A stretch of 63,772 nt of DNA, filler included, from Aduncisulcus paluster (taxonomy: Eukaryota): NCBI GenBank assembly GCA_024181965.1. It is 11 parts of 11 records of this genome, joined end to end, with 100 filler letters (N's around TTAATTAATTAA, not from the genome) between each part and the next. Parts side by side here need not be neighbours in the genome. Positions count along the whole stretch, not along the records: positions 50,375 to 62,071 come from BQXS01000062.1; positions 62,172 to 63,772 come from BQXS01000105.1; 9 more parts are not named here. One strand, 5' to 3'. A program made the translations under genes and the position numbers. This document shows positions 59,694 through 63,772 of this stretch, in pieces (position 1 is the first letter of the stretch; each line of letters starts with the position of its first letter). The notes under the pieces were generated by a model. That model ran no database searches, was not told the DNA's origin, and saw only the letters and a program-made list of their open reading frames with translations.

Positions 59694-61630
59694 CTAACAA
59701 ACCATATCTGATGGCCAAATAGATTGAATAGTAATAGAAGTACTATCTGAAAATATGGTTATTGTCTCTTCTTCTTCATCATCACAGGAAATCAATGATT
59801 CTTTTGTGAACAAAATCGACATAATGGCGGCATTATTAGCATGTTTCCAATACCATTTCCCTTTGACTCTGATCTCACACAAGGTAACATTTTCACATTT
59901 TACAGGGAAATACCACCATTCAACATCATTTGTTGGGCGTATTAATTTGTATTTCCTTGTTGTTTTAACATTTGAAGAATTTGTTAAAATAAATAACATA
60001 TTTCTTGGGCCTTTTTCACTACTTAAGCGAAGAAAAACTCCACCAATCGATGATGGAAACTCGAATGGAATTGAAAGATGCGTAAAATAAATTTCATCTT
60101 CCTCTTCGAATTGAAACAAACGTCGTGCACGGATAGATTTGTCTTTAAATCTTCCATCATGATAAAAGGAAACATCAGTGGCTGTTATTTTTTTCAGATC
60201 TGGAAAAAGCGAGTCTTTTTTCGGAACAGGTGGAATAAGATCCGGAGCACAATCAGATTTATGCGAAGTCATTAGTTTCTAATAAATGACATTCAAAATA
60301 AATAATCGAGATCAAATAATAATAATATTTCATATATTATTCTCTATATACGAAATTAATAAATTTTTCAAAAGTTTTGACTAAACATACAGCTTCTTTC
60401 CATAATTTTTCATCGGCTTCTTCATCATCTCTTCGAGTTTTATATTCTTTATCAGTTTCTTCTCTGGTAAAAAAAAGGGATACAATCCGCGAATGTTTCG
60501 AATACCTCTGATTCCACTTTCCCTTTCCTTCAATTTCACATAAAATCACGTTATCTTTATCTATTGGGAGGTAGAACCACTCCATATAATTTGCAACCTC
60601 CTTAAAATGACAGATCATCAGTGATTCTGACTCATCGTTGTGGGTGAATTTCAGAAGAAGGATCGGAGGACCATCATCAATATCAATACAGATATAGATT
60701 CCTTTAATTGCCATTCCTGTCCTATCAAACTTAAAGGACATATGGGAAAACCAAAAATACGATTGAATTCCTTCCCACATTTCAAAGGTATCAGCAGACT
60801 TATCACTTTTTTCAGGAACCTCAGTTATATCCTTTCCACATATATCTGAAGGCCTTAAAGATATAATTATTGGATTGTCTCTTTTGATTGGACATGAATC
60901 TCGACCACCTTCATGTATGAATTCAGGTTCAATTGATTGGTATTTTTCAATGAGAATTCGTTTCTCTTCTTCTTTTCTCTTTCTCTGTTTAATTTCTTCC
61001 TCTCTTTCTTCCCGAACAAAGATCATCGAAACAACATTAGTAGTGAGACGCTTGGGATCTTCCCAGGCTCCAAGAGCATCAATATCACAATGATCGACTT
61101 CTTTGACTCCCAAATGCAGAAAAAACCATGATTCTTCTATTATTTCAGAAGAAAAATTGAATTTTATAATTCTTAAGTTGGATTCATCTTCTCCCTTATA
61201 GAGTCTAAATGTAAAAATCGGAGGACCTTTTTCAACACAAATATATACACCGTAGATATCAAATAATTCGCTAAAATCGATTGATAGTGTTGTAAAATCG
61301 AGTCCATTGTGCCCAGCAAACATATCACGACCCATTTGAGATGGTTTTTTGTGATCACCGGCACCAACCGGCATTATCGCTTTCATCATCATCATCTGAC
61401 TTATCCCCTAAGTCAAAAGAAGTAATACTTTTAATATGTCTGTTAATAACAATAGGTTCATCACGAACAATTGGAAGGCATCTTCGGCCACCTTCATGAA
61501 GAAAAGAAGGAATTTTGAAGTCATCTTTGAAAAACTAAATAAAACATAAATATCAAAGAGTTTCAATAAACTAGATCAAAAATATCAACAAATAACATAC
61601 GATATCATGTTCATAACTTATACATTCCAT
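59694..61630 (-). pseudogene. Three DOC-like domains, three exons, one frameshift
   Basis: Introns 61535-61600 and 60279-60390 (both GTATGT...TTAG, phase 0); domain 1 starts IPSFLHEGGRRCLPIVRDEP but a 10-nt insertion at 61357-61373 shifts the frame. Confidence 0.7.
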
Positions 61631-61786
61631 AAAAAAATGATGAATAAAATGACAAAATGAAAACAAGCTCACCATACAAATTTTAGTTTCCTTTTTGATA
61701 CTGATTTTGTATTGCTTTTTAGCTCTAGTTACCTAATTACATAATATTTTTATTTGTTTCTAGGTTTCAGCACACCTTTTTTCTAA

Positions 61787-62071
61787 ATGACTGAGGAAGC
61801 GCAGAGCTCCATTGAAACGGGCGAAATTAGTCGCCTTTTTGAGTCACTTTCTGCTAGCAATATCCCCAACCTCCTAACTGATCTTGGGATCTTGGTTTCT
61901 CTTGGTTCCCAAAGGAAGTTCCAAGTTGGAGATATTAACTACAATATTCCGACCAAGGATGTTGCTTTAAAAGTCCTTGTTCATATTTATGAGAAGAACC
62001 CTCTTGTTAGAGAACTCTTTGATGGTCGTATCTCGAACCTACAAGGGATCTCCAATGGTACCTCCACCACT
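61787..62071 (+). CDS. Hypothetical protein, 3'-truncated
   Basis: ATG after an AT-rich leader, open to the contig end. Confidence 0.5.
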
Positions 62072-62172
62072 NNNNNNNNNNNNNNNNNNNNNNNNNNNNN
62101 NNNNNNNNNNNNNNNTTAATTAATTAANNNNNNNNNNNNNNNNNNNNNNNNNNNNNNNNNNNNNNNNNNNNT

Positions 62173-63772
62173 GTGACATATGCACCCATTGATTCTGGTC
62201 TGAGGATATTATCTGTGAGTGGATGCGGATTGAGTGCTATCAGTGATGTGCTTGACTTGACTCCCATTGCTTCTGGAGACCCAACCACAGACCAATTCAA
62301 ACTGACATCCCTAGATCTCTCAAACAACTCCATCTCTGATGTTTCTGTTCTCATCACATCATCTATCTTCCCTGGCGATTCTTTGACTTCTCTGAATATC
62401 AGTGGCAACTCCATCTGTGACATTAATTCCGTCGTGATGTCATTCCAATCGTATTTCACAAATCTTACCGCCCTCACTGCATCTAACCAATCCACTTGCC
62501 CATGTTCCGAGTCTGGGACTGATGTGTCCTTTTTTGCTCACAAGACGTGTCGCCAACGCTCTGATGGCGATTACCAAGTTGAGTGCTGGCATGGGTATTA
62601 CTTGGATAAAAACACGAATACATGTATAAAAGCGTGTACCAGTGGTTATTCGGTTAACCCATCCGATATCACTGGCGAGACATGTGCAGAGGATCTTGGT
62701 GTTGAAGATGACAATGTTATCCGTTGTCAAGTGTGTGAGAGGAAAGAAGATGTCGTCGCCATTTATGATTCCGTCAGTTCGTCTGTCTTGTGTGCTTCTC
62801 CCTGTCTATCTGGATGGTATGGGGAAGACTGCTCGAGTGAGTGTCCAATTGTTGGAGGTGAAGTATGTTCTGGTCATGGAAGTTGTAACATCACCGATCA
62901 TGTGTGTGAGTGTGACACTTGGTATGATGATGCTTCATGCTCAACTCTTGTTCCTGTATACTCCCCTGAATGTGATCGTACATTCACCATTGACGACCAT
63001 TTGGAGTGCAATGAGGTATATCCTGGTCGTTATGCAGCCGAGTGTGAGGATGGGTATTATTATGACCAAGGAGAGTATTCTTGTGTTTATGATACCAATA
63101 CTGACTGTTCCAGTGATATGGATGATAATCAAATGTGTGTCAAAACAGCAGATGGTGACGTTATTACATCTGATTGTCGATCTGCCTGGTATGGTGATGA
63201 TTGTGACCAGTTATATTCCGTACATATCCCTGATAAGTTGTTCAGAGGTAAAGTATGTGATGCTATAAGCAATAGTGATCCTCTTTGTGATGTCACAGAG
63301 TTTGAAATTGCTGGAATAAGTGGAACTTTTTATTCATATGGTTCCCATTTTACATCCTTTGAAGGTGCTCAGTATTTGATAAACATTTTTCGTTTCTATG
63401 GACCAAATACAGATGTAACATCAGTTTATCCTATTTCTTTTCTTGAACAACTTCCAATCTTAGATTTTTATCAGAATTCAACTACCTATAATGGCAATAT
63501 TTATGATTTCAATTATTTGTTCACATTGAATAGATTGTTTGTATTGTCTATTTTTGGGAATGACCAAATCTATGATATATCTGTCTCATTTAGGAATGTT
63601 GGATTGTGTTATATGTATATTGCGAATACAGATCCTCCTAATTCTATATTCATACCTCTCTGTAGATCAGAAGATGATACCGATTATTGGACATTTATAG
63701 TAACTGTCTTTCCAATTCATAACTCAGCCTCAAACAATAAGGACACATACTTTATCCCCAATAGTTGTATTT
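62173..63772 (+). CDS. Internal part of a second LRR + EGF/Cys-rich surface protein
   Basis: Frame from 62173 shows no stop to the window end: LTSLDLSNNSISDV, LTSLNISGNSIC, ECWHGYY, GWYGEDC, CSGHGSC, AWYGDDC, FEGAQYL; absent from the ORF track. Confidence 0.85.
   Translation, partial: MTYAPIDSGLRILSVSGCGLSAISDVLDLTPIASGDPTTDQFKLTSLDLSNNSISDVSVLITSSIFPGDSLTSLNISGNSICDINSVVMSFQSYFTNLTALTASNQSTCPCSESGTDVSFFAHKTCRQRSDGDYQVECWHGYYLDKNTNTCIKACTSGYSVNPSDITGETCAEDLGVEDDNVIRCQVCERKEDVVAIYDSVSSSVLCASPCLSGWYGEDCSSECPIVGGEVCSGHGSCNITDHVCECDTWYDDASCSTLVPVYSPECDRTFTIDDHLECNEVYPGRYAAECEDGYYYDQGEYSCVYDTNTDCSSDMDDNQMCVKTADGDVITSDCRSAWYGDDCDQLYSVHIPDKLFRGKVCDAISNSDPLCDVTEFEIAGISGTFYSYGSHFTSFEGAQYLINIFRFYGPNTDVTSVYPISFLEQLPILDFYQNSTTYNGNIYDFNYLFTLNRLFVLSIFGNDQIYDISVSFRNVGLCYMYIANTDPPNSIFIPLCRSEDDTDYWTFIVTVFPIHNSASNNKDTYFIPNSCI

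Noticed and set aside
1-63772. tRNA, rRNA and spliceosomal snRNA genes
   Set aside because: No convincing signatures seen by eye; a tRNAscan-SE/Infernal run is needed to exclude divergent ones

Overview
AT-rich, gene-dense eukaryotic (protist) draft genome in the standard genetic code, with short GT-AG introns. The window joins 11 unrelated contigs with artificial 100-nt spacers (44N-TTAATTAATTAA-44N). Seven 20-N gaps and two gapless tandem copies duplicate 180-430 nt and break several ORFs. Gene families recall the free-living fornicate Aduncisulcus paluster (from memory, not verified). Housekeeping genes include GH32 invertase, SEM1, alanine aminotransferase, uridine phosphorylase, a SNARE, an ABCC transporter, BUD20, an ARP, TMEM208, a TBC GAP, RNase Z and RCL1. 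Main highlights: (1) a ~165-aa domain, probably DOC/APC10-like, present in nine copies across four genes, with a conserved framework and short highly variable patches, once fused to a kinase, which is a candidate diversified recognition system; (2) a 472-bp hAT-type MITE with TIRs, an 8-bp TSD and subterminal repeats; (3) large LRR/EGF surface proteins; (4) a GPR137/TOM1-like 7TM protein; (5) features missed or split by the ORF track (spliced SEM1, an FKBP pseudogene, a second LRR/EGF gene). No rRNA, tRNA or CRISPR array was recognised.
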